From the NCBI GenBank assembly GCA_045636045.1, contig JAZTWT010000019.1:15355-79354 (forward strand): a stretch of DNA of 64,000 nt, written 5' to 3'. The stretch comes from Candidatus Enterousia sp. (GTDB taxonomy: Bacteria > Pseudomonadota > Alphaproteobacteria > Rs-D84). The first letter of the stretch is position 1; each line of letters starts with the position of its first letter. Of this stretch, positions 54,227-63,751 are shown in pieces. The position numbers were made by a program, and so were the translations under genes. Under the pieces are notes generated by a model that was given only the letters and a program-made list of their open reading frames with translations, was not told the origin of the DNA and searched no databases.

Positions 54227-55258
54227 ATGAACAAAATAATAATTTTTATCGGCAGTATTTTCCTACTATGGATTGGCCGCTCAGTATTCATACCGTTATT
54301 AATCGCTGGATTTTTATGGTATTTAATGAACGCAATTTCTGAATACTATCGTCGTGCAATACCAACAATAAAAGATAACAACATCCTGAATCACACATTT
54401 GATTGGATTGCAAACATCGCAACCCTGGCAACATTTTTTCTGGTCGGTTATATATTTACGACGCAAATTCGACCAATGTTTTCGGAACTGTTAGCAGCCC
54501 TGCCTACACTACAAACAAAAATAGCAGAATTCGGTGCCTATCTATCTAATTCTCTTGGGCTAAAATTCGATAACAACATGATACCAAACATCACAAAGAT
54601 CGCCGCCAACATTGGCTCATCTATTGCCGGCATTGCTGCATCTTTTGGCATGATTTTGGTCTATATGATATTTATGTTTGTTGAACAAAGTACATTTAAC
54701 AAAAAATTTTCAGCCATGTTCCCAGGCCGCAAACAATATAAAAAGATACGTTATATCCTAGACAGCATTGACACAAACATGAAAAAATATCTGTTTGTAA
54801 AAACAACCATATCCGCAATAACTGGTGTTGTATCATACTTCTGGATGCAAACAATAGATCTAGAATTTGCAGGCGTATGGGCATTTATTGTTTTCGTGAC
54901 CAGTTATATTCCAACCATCGGCGCAATTGTTGCATGTGGCATGCCAATAATCTATTCATTGGTCACCGCCCCATCACTGCAACAACCGATTCTGACCGCC
55001 ATCGGCTTAATCGGTCTGCAAATATTATTTGGAAACATTATTGAACCTAAATTAACCGGCAAGACCCTGAACCTGTCCACACTGGCTATATTAATAAACC
55101 TGGTTGTTTGGGGCATGATATGGGGAATCGCAGGTATGTTCTTTAGTGTTCCATTATTGGTTGCACTTTACATTGTATGCGCACAATTTGATTCCACACG
55201 CTGGATTGCAATACTATTATCTGCTGACGGTCAAATACCAGACAAAAACGAAGAATAA
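54227..55258 (+). CDS. AI-2E family (PerM/UPF0118) transporter
   Basis: ORF 54032-55258; start moved to ATG 54227 (MNKIIIFIGSIFLLW). Multi-TM protein. The C-terminal GMIWGIAGMFFSVPLL motif is typical of the AI-2E family. Confidence 0.7.
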   Translation: MNKIIIFIGSIFLLWIGRSVFIPLLIAGFLWYLMNAISEYYRRAIPTIKDNNILNHTFDWIANIATLATFFLVGYIFTTQIRPMFSELLAALPTLQTKIAEFGAYLSNSLGLKFDNNMIPNITKIAANIGSSIAGIAASFGMILVYMIFMFVEQSTFNKKFSAMFPGRKQYKKIRYILDSIDTNMKKYLFVKTTISAITGVVSYFWMQTIDLEFAGVWAFIVFVTSYIPTIGAIVACGMPIIYSLVTAPSLQQPILTAIGLIGLQILFGNIIEPKLTGKTLNLSTLAILINLVVWGMIWGIAGMFFSVPLLVALYIVCAQFDSTRWIAILLSADGQIPDKNEE

Positions 55259-55289
55259 AAATTCACACTATACGCATAAAAACCGGGCT

Positions 55290-55739
55290 TTATGCCCGGT
55301 TTATCATTGCAATCGCATTTTCTAAAATCACACGTGCAGATTCAGAATCCAACCGCTGTTTTAAATCACGAACACGCACGCGCCCCATATCTTCTTGAGC
55401 GGCAAGCGATGTTAAATTTTCTTCTATTCCACAAATTGGCAATAATGTTTTTTCTGATAATTTTTGCATAAACTCACGTACCAATTTTGTTGTATCAGAT
55501 TCTGCTCCATCCTCATACACTGGCACCCCAACTACAATTCCAACAACATTTTCTTGCGCTGCCAAAATCGCAACTAAATCTGCATGATTTTCTGCACCAC
55601 GCGGTACATTTATAATATCACGCACAAAGACAAAATTACGCATCGGATCAGATACCGCAACCCCTATTCTTCGCAGTCCCCAATCAACCCCTAAAACACG
55701 CCCTTCACGCGGAAAAGCCTTGAAATCTAGCAAAATCAT
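55290..55739 (-). CDS. ruvX: YqgF/RuvX putative pre-16S rRNA nuclease
   Basis: VLGVDWGLRRIGVAVSD N-terminus; 149 aa; YqgF pattern. Confidence 0.8.
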   Translation of the reverse strand: MILLDFKAFPREGRVLGVDWGLRRIGVAVSDPMRNFVFVRDIINVPRGAENHADLVAILAAQENVVGIVVGVPVYEDGAESDTTKLVREFMQKLSEKTLLPICGIEENLTSLAAQEDMGRVRVRDLKQRLDSESARVILENAIAMINRA

Positions 55740-55778
55740 AGTATAATTCCTCTTGCTTTATAAATAATAGGATTGAAA

Positions 55779-56075
55779 ATGGCATTTAGCAAGCAGCAAT
55801 TACAGAAATTTGCAGATTTAATTAAAATCGAAGTCGCACCAGAAAAACTGGAAGAAATGAATATTGATTCCGTTATTGAATGGTTGGACAAATTACAAAA
55901 AATCGACACAACCGGTGTCATACCGATGCTGAATCCGGCGGAACACAAATTACCACGTCGCCCAGACATTGTGACAGACGGCAACATTCGCGATTTAGTT
56001 CTGGCAAACACACCGGACAACGCCGGCACATCACGTGGCTATTTCGCAGTACCCAAGGTTATGGACGGTGAATAA
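55779..56075 (+). CDS. gatC: Glu/Asp-tRNA amidotransferase subunit C
   Basis: ORF 55773-56075 opens with TTG; I used ATG 55779 instead. ~98 aa. KFADLIKIEV...LEEM..D...I.EWLDKLQ..DT..V fits the GatC pattern. Confidence 0.8.
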   Translation: MAFSKQQLQKFADLIKIEVAPEKLEEMNIDSVIEWLDKLQKIDTTGVIPMLNPAEHKLPRRPDIVTDGNIRDLVLANTPDNAGTSRGYFAVPKVMDGE

Positions 56076-56076
56076 C

Positions 56077-56514
56077 ATGCCCGAAAAAAATATTCCCGTA
56101 AAATTCATTGTCACAGATGCATACGACCCAGAATTCGCATCGTTCGAACAGGAAATAGGAAAAATCAGTCGCAACGATTTAGAATGGCTGATGTCTGAAT
56201 TTTCCAACGAATATAATACTGTAAAACCAAACTCATGCGTACGTACGATGTCTATCCAGCATCTGGACACAGCCAATTTTGGCATGAATCCATTTCACAA
56301 CAAACGCAATCAGTCGGTCGAGATATCAAACATATTCTATTTCACAGACGCAAAACCTAAATGTACAAATGTACCATGTGGTGCAGACGAAGATATGAAA
56401 ATGAAGATATGTTGCAAAAATCTGACGGCTGGCAAATGTTGCGATAATTTTATGCGTTGCACGCTGGGCGCAACACTGTTCCCCCAACATTACGCAAAAG
56501 ACAAACAAAGATAA
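56077..56514 (+). CDS. Hypothetical Cys-rich protein inserted between gatC and gatA
   Basis: ORF 56035-56514; start moved to ATG 56077, 1 nt after the gatC stop. 145 aa. The C-terminus has 7 Cys in ~35 aa (CTNVPCGADEDMKMKICCKNLTAGKCCDNFMRC). Confidence 0.5.
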   Translation: MPEKNIPVKFIVTDAYDPEFASFEQEIGKISRNDLEWLMSEFSNEYNTVKPNSCVRTMSIQHLDTANFGMNPFHNKRNQSVEISNIFYFTDAKPKCTNVPCGADEDMKMKICCKNLTAGKCCDNFMRCTLGATLFPQHYAKDKQR

Positions 56515-56527
56515 AGAAGAGCAAAAG

Positions 56528-57994
56528 ATGATAAACCTGACATTAACAGAAGCCTTAGCAAAATTAAACAACCGTGAAATTTCTGCCGTGGAATTAACGC
56601 GATGCTATCTGAACCGTATTGAAAAATATGGTGCAGTTCTAAATTGTTACATCACAACCACACCTGAACGCGCAATGATGGATGCGGCTGCATCTGATGC
56701 ACGTCGCGCGGCTGGTGACATTAAATTCTTGGACGGCGCACCAATCGCAATGAAGGATTTATTTGCTACACGCGGCATTCGCACAACAGCAGCTTCACAC
56801 ATGTTGGAAAATTTTACACCCGAATACGAATCAACTGTATCACAAAAATTAATTGATGCAGGAACCGTATTACTGGGTAAAGCGAACCTGGATGAATTTG
56901 CAATGGGCACATTCAGCAAAACATCATACTTTGGTGCCCCAATCAACCCATGGCAAATTGAGCGCAACTTAACCGCCGGCGGTTCATCGGGCGGTTCTAC
57001 ATCTGCAGTGGCGGGGGGACTGGCCATTGCTGCAACCGGCACAGACACAGGCGGTTCAATCCGTTTCCCTGCTGCGATTACCGGACTGGTTGGCATGAAA
57101 CCAACATACGGCTTATGCTCGCGCTGGGGATGCGTTGCATTTGCATCATCACTTGATACACCAGGTCCAATCGCACGCACTGTAGACGACGCGGCATTAT
57201 TACTGTCCGCAATGGCAGGACACGATCCAAAAGATTCAACAAGTAGCCAAAACGGATTTACATGCACAGAACCATTAAAACCTATTCTGGGCGACGGCAA
57301 AAAATTACGTGTCGGGATTATCAAAGAATTTAATGATGTGAAAATTTCAGACGATATGAAAAATCTATTTGGAAAACGCATTGCCGATTTAAAATCTATG
57401 GGCGCAGAAATTGTTGAAGTGTCCATTCCAAACATCCTGGACGCATTGGCGGCATACTATATCATCGCCCCAGCCGAAGCCTCATCAAACCTGGCCCGTT
57501 ATGACGGCATGCGTTATGGTCTGCGTGTTGAAGGTACCGACTTGGTTGACACATATAAAAAGACACGCGCAGCCGGATTTGGTGACGAAGTACAACGCCG
57601 CATGATTATTGGCACCGCAGTGTTAAGCAGCGAATCGTACGATGTATATTTCATGCAGGCTGCCCGCGTTCGCCGCATGATTGCAGACAGTTTCAATTCT
57701 GCATTTGAACAATGCGATTTAATTATCTGTCCATCCAGTGCAGGTACCGCCATGCCATTGGCATCCGACCTGTCCCCGCTGGAATACTATGCATTGGATT
57801 TATTCACGGTTGCTATGAACCTGGCTGGCGTTCCTGCATGCAGTGTACCTGCGGGGCTTGCCACAAACGGTCTGCCACTGGGGATTCAGGTTGTGGGTCG
57901 CCGTTTTGACGACATGCGCGTTCTGCAATTGGCAAAACACATTGAAACCGCGGCCAGCATTGACAACCGCCCAACAAAAATTATGGGGAAATAA
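56528..57994 (+). CDS. gatA: Glu/Asp-tRNA amidotransferase subunit A
   Basis: Amidase signature (GGSSGGSTSAVA, TDTGGSIRFPAA); 488 aa. Confidence 0.95.
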   Translation: MINLTLTEALAKLNNREISAVELTRCYLNRIEKYGAVLNCYITTTPERAMMDAAASDARRAAGDIKFLDGAPIAMKDLFATRGIRTTAASHMLENFTPEYESTVSQKLIDAGTVLLGKANLDEFAMGTFSKTSYFGAPINPWQIERNLTAGGSSGGSTSAVAGGLAIAATGTDTGGSIRFPAAITGLVGMKPTYGLCSRWGCVAFASSLDTPGPIARTVDDAALLLSAMAGHDPKDSTSSQNGFTCTEPLKPILGDGKKLRVGIIKEFNDVKISDDMKNLFGKRIADLKSMGAEIVEVSIPNILDALAAYYIIAPAEASSNLARYDGMRYGLRVEGTDLVDTYKKTRAAGFGDEVQRRMIIGTAVLSSESYDVYFMQAARVRRMIADSFNSAFEQCDLIICPSSAGTAMPLASDLSPLEYYALDLFTVAMNLAGVPACSVPAGLATNGLPLGIQVVGRRFDDMRVLQLAKHIETAASIDNRPTKIMGK

Positions 57995-58031
57995 AAAATG
58001 ACCGTAAAAACGGCCGCTTTTAAAATAAAAG

Positions 58032-58107
58032 TGGTGGCTAGGGACGGAATCGAACCGCCGACACAGGGATTTTCAGTCCCTTGCTCTACCAACTGAGCTA
58101 CCTAGCC
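58032..58107 (-). tRNA. tRNA-Phe (anticodon GAA), CCA encoded
   Basis: The reverse strand reads GGCTAGG TA GCTC AGTTGGTA GAGC A AGGGA CTGAAAA TCCCT GTGTC GGCGG TTCGATT CCGTC CCTAGCC A CCA. It folds into a full cloverleaf: 7-bp acceptor stem, D, anticodon and T arms, and a GTTCGATT T-loop. Confidence 0.93.
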
Positions 58108-58119
58108 AACGCGACGACA

Positions 58120-58148
58120 ATAATAAGATACAAAAAATAAAAAAGCAA
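58120..58148 (-). promoter_or_regulatory. Putative tRNA-Phe promoter
   Basis: The reverse strand reads TTGCTT-17 nt-TATTAT, ending 12 nt before the mature tRNA 5' end. It overlaps the gatB 5' UTR on the other strand. Confidence 0.35.
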
Positions 58149-58162
58149 GGGAAAAAGACAAA

Positions 58163-59683
58163 ATGTTTACAATAAAAGGCAAAACATGTGATTGGGAATT
58201 GGTAATTGGGCTGGAAACACATATCGAAGTCCTTTCTAATTCAAAATTATTCAGCGGTGCATCGGCTGACTATAACCCAACCGTTTCACCCAACACCCAG
58301 GTTTCAATGGTTGACGTTGCCATGCCAGGTATGTTGCCGGTACTGAATGAATACTGTGTTGAACAGGCCATAAAAATGGGATTGGGACTGAATGCCGAAA
58401 TTTCACGTACCAGTCGTTTTGCCCGTAAACAGTATTTCTACCCCGACCTGCCCCAGGGATATCAGATTTCACAACCTGCCGACGAAGCACCGGTTGTTGG
58501 CCGTGGATGGGTTGAAATTATGGGCGACGACGGCAACCCAAAGAAAATTTTAATCGAACGTGCGCACCTGGAACAGGACGCCGGGAAATTAAAACACGAT
58601 GTCCATCCTACAAAATCCTTTGCAGACTATAACCGCACAGGTGTTGCCCTGCTAGAAATCGTCACATATTTAAATACCAAAGATACAGAAAATCGTTCAT
58701 ACATCTCGTCCCCTGACGAAGCTGAACGTTATCTGCGCGAAATTCGCGAAATTGCACGTGCACTTGGCGTATCCAAGGCAAATATGGAAGAAGGCTCTAT
58801 GCGCGCAGACGTCAATGTATCGGTTCGCCCCGTCGGTTCAACAGAATTTCGCACGCGCACCGAAACCAAAAACATGGTATCATTTAAATTTATTAAATCC
58901 GCCATCGAGTATGAGGCACGTCGCCAAATCGAAATATATGAAAACGGCGGCACCGTCTCACAAGATACAATGCGTTATCACCAAGGCGAAGGTGTCACAT
59001 CCGTAATGCGCAGCAAAGAAGACGCACTGGACTATCGTTATTTCCCAGATCCAGACCTGCTGCCTATTGAAATTTCAGACGAACAAATAGAACGTATACG
59101 CAGCACTATGCCAGAATTACCATCTGCAACCCGCGCGCGCTATACGCATGAATTCGGGCTGTCTGAATACGATGCCGCGCGTTTGACCGAAACAACCGAC
59201 ATATCACGTTGGTACGATACCGCAGTTAACGGGAATGCAAAGCGCGCCAAGGGAATCGCCAACTGGATGATTTCTGAATTATTCGCGCACCCAGAAAATT
59301 GGGATGTCAAAAACGAAAAATCAGGCATTGTGGACGACATGCGTATCATCACACCATCTGATTTAGCAGACCTGGTTGATATGATTGGTGAAAATACCAT
59401 TAACGGCAAACAGGCCAAAGAAATCTTTATCAAAATGCTGGATGGCGAATCGGGCAGTCCTCGTGAAATCGCAGACAAGTTCGGCATGAAACAAATGACC
59501 GACACTGGCGCAATAGAAGCAATCATTGACGAAGTCATCGCCGCCAACCCATCACAGGCTGAACAATACAAATCTGGCAAGGTTGGGTTACTAGGCTTCT
59601 TTGTAGGGAACGTTATGAAAAAAACCGGTGGCACTGCAAATCCAGCTGTTGTAAATGAAATTTTGCGCAACAAATTGGCATAA
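58163..59683 (+). CDS. gatB: Glu/Asp-tRNA amidotransferase subunit B
   Basis: WELVIGLETHIEV, YFYPDLPQGYQISQ and HLEQDAGK motifs; 506 aa with a C-terminal YqeY-like domain. Confidence 0.95.
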   Translation: MFTIKGKTCDWELVIGLETHIEVLSNSKLFSGASADYNPTVSPNTQVSMVDVAMPGMLPVLNEYCVEQAIKMGLGLNAEISRTSRFARKQYFYPDLPQGYQISQPADEAPVVGRGWVEIMGDDGNPKKILIERAHLEQDAGKLKHDVHPTKSFADYNRTGVALLEIVTYLNTKDTENRSYISSPDEAERYLREIREIARALGVSKANMEEGSMRADVNVSVRPVGSTEFRTRTETKNMVSFKFIKSAIEYEARRQIEIYENGGTVSQDTMRYHQGEGVTSVMRSKEDALDYRYFPDPDLLPIEISDEQIERIRSTMPELPSATRARYTHEFGLSEYDAARLTETTDISRWYDTAVNGNAKRAKGIANWMISELFAHPENWDVKNEKSGIVDDMRIITPSDLADLVDMIGENTINGKQAKEIFIKMLDGESGSPREIADKFGMKQMTDTGAIEAIIDEVIAANPSQAEQYKSGKVGLLGFFVGNVMKKTGGTANPAVVNEILRNKLA

Positions 59684-59711
59684 ACAAAACAACAAACAAA
59701 AGGAAAATAAA

Positions 59712-59891
59712 ATGGTACAAATTATTAAAATTATAGAAGATGACATATTATTCGGCGTGAAATACGGTCTGGTTGTTATTCCAGAACCAAAAAACACAGT
59801 GCCACATTTAGTAAAATACAAGGCAGCACAAGCCAAGACAAAAAAATGTTATACAAACCAACTCCATAATCAGCGAACACGTAAAAAATGA
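59712..59891 (+). CDS. Small basic protein 1 of 3 (unknown)
   Basis: ORF 59655-59891; start moved to ATG 59712 behind an AAGGAAA RBS. 59 aa, ending in NQRTRKK. Its TGA overlaps the next ATG (ATGA). Confidence 0.4.
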   Translation: MVQIIKIIEDDILFGVKYGLVVIPEPKNTVPHLVKYKAAQAKTKKCYTNQLHNQRTRKK

Positions 59892-60109
59892 TTATTACCG
59901 ATTATCTAAAAGAATTATTTATCGTCCTGCAGCAGAAAATGTATACAGACATGACTGGCATAAATCGTGAATTAGCCAGGCTGCAGGCACAATCTGATAC
60001 CAAATCACGCGAAGGTGCATATCAAAAACAATATGCCCTGCGTGATTTTCATGCACACAAAAAACAAATAAACAAAGTTGTTCGCTATACACGAACCAGA
60101 AATAAGTAA
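59888..60109 (+). CDS. Small basic protein 2 of 3 (unknown)
   Basis: 73 aa. The motif REGAYQKQYALRDFHAHKKQINK...RTRNK is shared with ORF 3. Confidence 0.45.
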   Translation: MIITDYLKELFIVLQQKMYTDMTGINRELARLQAQSDTKSREGAYQKQYALRDFHAHKKQINKVVRYTRTRNK

Positions 60110-60119
60110 AAACACAAAA

Positions 60120-60293
60120 ATGTATTCAGACTCAATTATTTCAATATTGCGTGAAATGGTAACAGCCGAGGCCCGTTCAAAAATAAAAGCACGCGAAGAA
60201 AAATATCAACGTCAATACGCCCTGCGTGCTTTTAACGCAAACAAAAAAATAACAAACAAGAACATTATCAACAAACGAACAAGACAAAAATAA
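60120..60293 (+). CDS. Small basic protein 3 of 3 (unknown)
   Basis: ORF 60078-60293; start moved to ATG 60120. 57 aa. Motif REEKYQRQYALRAFNANKKITNK...RTRQK. Its stop lies 1 nt before the miaB ATG. Confidence 0.45.
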   Translation: MYSDSIISILREMVTAEARSKIKAREEKYQRQYALRAFNANKKITNKNIINKRTRQK

Positions 60294-60294
60294 C

Positions 60295-61593
60295 ATGAAA
60301 AAATTCTTTATCCAAACCTTTGGCTGTCAAATGAATGTTTACGATGGTTGGCGCATTGCACGAATGCTGGAACATCGTGGTTTAACACAAACAGACAACA
60401 TTCCAGATGCAGACATTATAATTCTGAACACCTGTGCTGTACGCGCCAAGGCAACAGATAAAGTTTTTTCTGCCCTGGGACGCATCAGACGCATAAAAAA
60501 ACCAAGCGCACTGTTTGGTATTGTTGGTTGCGTTGCACGCGAAGCCGGCGCAAATGCATTTCGACGCATTCCAGAGTTAAATTTTGTTTTGGGGCCACAA
60601 AGTTATCACAAATTACCAGAAATCTTAGACAACCCCGATTCGCGTTTATTAAACATAGACCTGGGTGGACTGGAAAAATTTGATTCCCTACCACAACTGG
60701 AAAAATCACCACGAATTGCATACATACCAATCCAAGAAGGTTGCAATCACTGTTGCACGTACTGTATTGTTCCATACACACGTGGCCGTGAAATCTCACG
60801 TTCATTCGATTCGGTTATGACAGATACGATTCGCGCTGCGAAAACTGGGGCAATTGAAATTTGTTTTCTGGGGCAAAATGTAAACGGATACAAATACACA
60901 GACGAAAACGGCAACCTATTCCGTCTTTCAGACTTAATTCGCGAAACAGCAAAAATCCCAGAAATCATGCGTATACGCTTTACATCCAGTTATCCGACAG
61001 AAATGACAGACGATTTAATTTCTATGTTTGCAACAGAACCAAAACTGCTGCCATTTTTAAACATGCCAATACAAAGCGGTTCACAAAATGTATTATCACG
61101 CATGAATCGTCCATATACACTGGAACTATACTGTGACATAATAAATAAATTAAAAACAGCACGTCCAGATATTCAAATATCATCTGATTTCATTGTTGGT
61201 TTTCCTGGCGAATCTGATTCTGATTTTGATGACACAATGAAAATTGCACAGCAAATAAAATATATAAATTCATATTCATTTAAATACTCGCCACGACCAC
61301 ACACTGGCGCAGCATTAATGCCAGACCAAATTCCAGAAAACATCAAAGCAGAACGCCTGGCAAAACTGGACACACATTTAAACGAAGTTCAACGCGAATT
61401 TAACATCTCGTGCATCGAAAAAACACTATCTTGCCTGCTAGAAGGTCCTGACAAAACCGGCAAGCATCTAATATATCGCACCCCCTACATGCAACCGTGC
61501 ATTGTTGAATACCGCGACAAAGCCCCAGAATTAACTGATATTATCATTACGGATGCAAACAAAGCATGCCTGCGCGGTAAATTTAAAGACTAA
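60295..61593 (+). CDS. miaB: tRNA-2-methylthio-N6-dimethylallyladenosine synthase MiaB
   Basis: N-terminal UPF0004 domain (FIQTFGCQMNVYD), radical SAM CNHCCTYC, and a C-terminal TRAM-like region. Confidence 0.9.
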   Translation: MKKFFIQTFGCQMNVYDGWRIARMLEHRGLTQTDNIPDADIIILNTCAVRAKATDKVFSALGRIRRIKKPSALFGIVGCVAREAGANAFRRIPELNFVLGPQSYHKLPEILDNPDSRLLNIDLGGLEKFDSLPQLEKSPRIAYIPIQEGCNHCCTYCIVPYTRGREISRSFDSVMTDTIRAAKTGAIEICFLGQNVNGYKYTDENGNLFRLSDLIRETAKIPEIMRIRFTSSYPTEMTDDLISMFATEPKLLPFLNMPIQSGSQNVLSRMNRPYTLELYCDIINKLKTARPDIQISSDFIVGFPGESDSDFDDTMKIAQQIKYINSYSFKYSPRPHTGAALMPDQIPENIKAERLAKLDTHLNEVQREFNISCIEKTLSCLLEGPDKTGKHLIYRTPYMQPCIVEYRDKAPELTDIIITDANKACLRGKFKD

Positions 61594-63107
61594 AACAATA
61601 ACTGTGCGCCCAAAGATATCTTATATGTCATAACATCAAACATGCGAATCGCAGTAAAATTCATACTACCACCAATCATGTCCATATCGGACACAAATCC
61701 AACAGCGGCATTCAGCATAACATCCGAATCGCTATTAATCTCAACACCTATGGCATACTCATACTTAATCCCAAGCGATTCGAATTTATACTTAGCGCCC
61801 ATCCCAGAATACAGATTCAAATTATATCCCGAAACATCAACCACACTATATATTTCTGTCTTGGCACCCAAATAAACGCTCAATTTAAGTGAATCGAACA
61901 AATTATAATCATATACAACATCAGACTGCACATACCCCAGAAAAGGATTTGGATTTTCATAAACCTTGTTATCATAAAACACATCACCAATATCTGCATT
62001 CTCGTACAAAACACCACTTCGCCCACGTAAAACAATATCTCCCGTCACATTCCATATCGCAAACAAATCTACACCCAATAAATCACCAGAATAAGCATCA
62101 TACAAACCGTCATATTCTATTTTACCTGCACTGACCCCAATTCCTAATTCCAAGCCGGACAATACATTTTCTAACACCAACGCATTTATTCCAACAGAAT
62201 AAAAATCATCAGACAAAACAGCCCACCCACCAGCCGACACACCATCAAAATAATTCTGCGTATTGACTGCATTTAAAATTCTTAATGGACGCAACAATAT
62301 ATCATCATTAAAACGCGCACTTTGATTTAACACATGATTAAAAGAATCCATATCCCCCACAGAATCCAGCGCATACAACAATTTGTCATTATGATTGTTT
62401 CTTCGCAATAAATTTAAGAAAACGCCTTTTTTATCATTAAACACCTTTTGATAATCCAATTCACGACGCCGCTCAAAATATAATTTTCCATCATTCAACA
62501 CTGCAACATCTATAAACAACAAATCATGATTATCTGTAATTAAATAAATCATCCCATTGCCATGCACACCCGTTATAAATGGCAAATCATATAAACCATC
62601 AATATTATCTGCATACAAAAACACATTACCATTTAATTCTATACTAACATCATTACCGACACCCATCCCCTGAATATCAAACCAAGAATCACCCAAGATA
62701 ATTTTATCCGCCCCTTTTGCAAACCCTATTACATCAAACAGCGACAACATATTTGCCCCATCAACCATGACAGAATATGGTACATTAAAATCAATTTTGT
62801 TCATATCCGCCACATCAGAAACATGTTGAACAATACTTGCCCCATTTCCCAAAACAAACACAGAATTCACAATTGCATGATTTTCCAGATTCAATTGCAC
62901 ACCATCACGCACAACAATATTCGTTTCAATTAAACCATTATTCTCTATTTTAATGCTTTCTGAGATACTCAAAGTATCCGGCTTATAATATTCCCCCTTA
63001 TCAATAAACAAATCATTATATATAACCCTATCACCTGAAAACACTGATGCCAAAGCATTATTAGCAAACGACAAAATACAGCAAAATAACAGAAACAAAC
63101 TTCTCAT
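61590..63107 (-). CDS. Autotransporter-like outer-membrane protein (short passenger plus C-terminal beta-barrel)
   Basis: ORF 61590-63146; start moved to ATG 63105-63107 (MRSLFLLFCCILSFANNALA signal). The C-terminal ~270 aa have an alternating beta-strand pattern ending ...ISLGAQLLF. Confidence 0.55.
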   Translation of the reverse strand: MRSLFLLFCCILSFANNALASVFSGDRVIYNDLFIDKGEYYKPDTLSISESIKIENNGLIETNIVVRDGVQLNLENHAIVNSVFVLGNGASIVQHVSDVADMNKIDFNVPYSVMVDGANMLSLFDVIGFAKGADKIILGDSWFDIQGMGVGNDVSIELNGNVFLYADNIDGLYDLPFITGVHGNGMIYLITDNHDLLFIDVAVLNDGKLYFERRRELDYQKVFNDKKGVFLNLLRRNNHNDKLLYALDSVGDMDSFNHVLNQSARFNDDILLRPLRILNAVNTQNYFDGVSAGGWAVLSDDFYSVGINALVLENVLSGLELGIGVSAGKIEYDGLYDAYSGDLLGVDLFAIWNVTGDIVLRGRSGVLYENADIGDVFYDNKVYENPNPFLGYVQSDVVYDYNLFDSLKLSVYLGAKTEIYSVVDVSGYNLNLYSGMGAKYKFESLGIKYEYAIGVEINSDSDVMLNAAVGFVSDMDMIGGSMNFTAIRMFDVMTYKISLGAQLLF

Positions 63108-63196
63108 ACAAAAAAGTATACAAGAATTATTTCTTAAACCAAGCATAAAAGAACGCCCAGGAAATCCCCAGGCGTTTCAGCATTAAGTGATAAAAA

Positions 63197-63751
63197 TTAT
63201 TTTTCTAACTTACCCCATCCTGCCTTATAACCACCATCACGTTCCAGATAGATATTTGCACCATTTAACTGTGCCGCACTAATGCCTTGAATCAAATAGG
63301 TCTGATTCAAGCGGCCGCTCATACCTGTCTGCAACATAGGCAACTTGATATTCATCTTCTTTGAATTATTACAGCACCTTGCATCGTTATAACACATATC
63401 GCATTGATAGACCTTGACATTATATTGAACGCCTGGACGCATATCTTTTAAATCCACCATCATTTTTAAACCATTATCGGTTTCCTTGAATTTAATATGC
63501 CCCATTTTTGATTCACCACCATTACTGCTATGGGTGTACATTTTTGCATATACATAATCAACATCTGTGTTTTCGTGTGTCTGATAAACAACAATTGTAT
63601 CAGATTCGATAACTTCAACTGCCTGCGGTGTATTATGCATCATTTTTTTATGATGTTTTTTAGCCGGACATTCCATCATACATCCTGACAATACAGCCAT
63701 CGCTGCCATCAAAGATGCAAAAGTTAACATTTTTTTACCTGCATATTTCAT
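63197..63751 (-). CDS. Lipoprotein; possible degenerate Cu/Zn-SOD-like fold
   Basis: Lipobox AVLSGC. GHIKFKETDNGLKMMVDLKDMRPGVQYNVKVYQCDMC...LPMLQ...LNGANIYLE...GGYKAGWGKL loosely follows the SodC pattern, but the metal-binding His positions are substituted. Confidence 0.35.
   Translation of the reverse strand: MKYAGKKMLTFASLMAAMAVLSGCMMECPAKKHHKKMMHNTPQAVEVIESDTIVVYQTHENTDVDYVYAKMYTHSSNGGESKMGHIKFKETDNGLKMMVDLKDMRPGVQYNVKVYQCDMCYNDARCCNNSKKMNIKLPMLQTGMSGRLNQTYLIQGISAAQLNGANIYLERDGGYKAGWGKLEK

Noticed and set aside
57886-58092. 68-aa minus-strand ORF in the gatA-gatB gap.
   Set aside because: It overlaps the tRNA-Phe gene. Its translation (..GTENPCVGGSIPSLAT..) is the typical artefact of reading through a tRNA.
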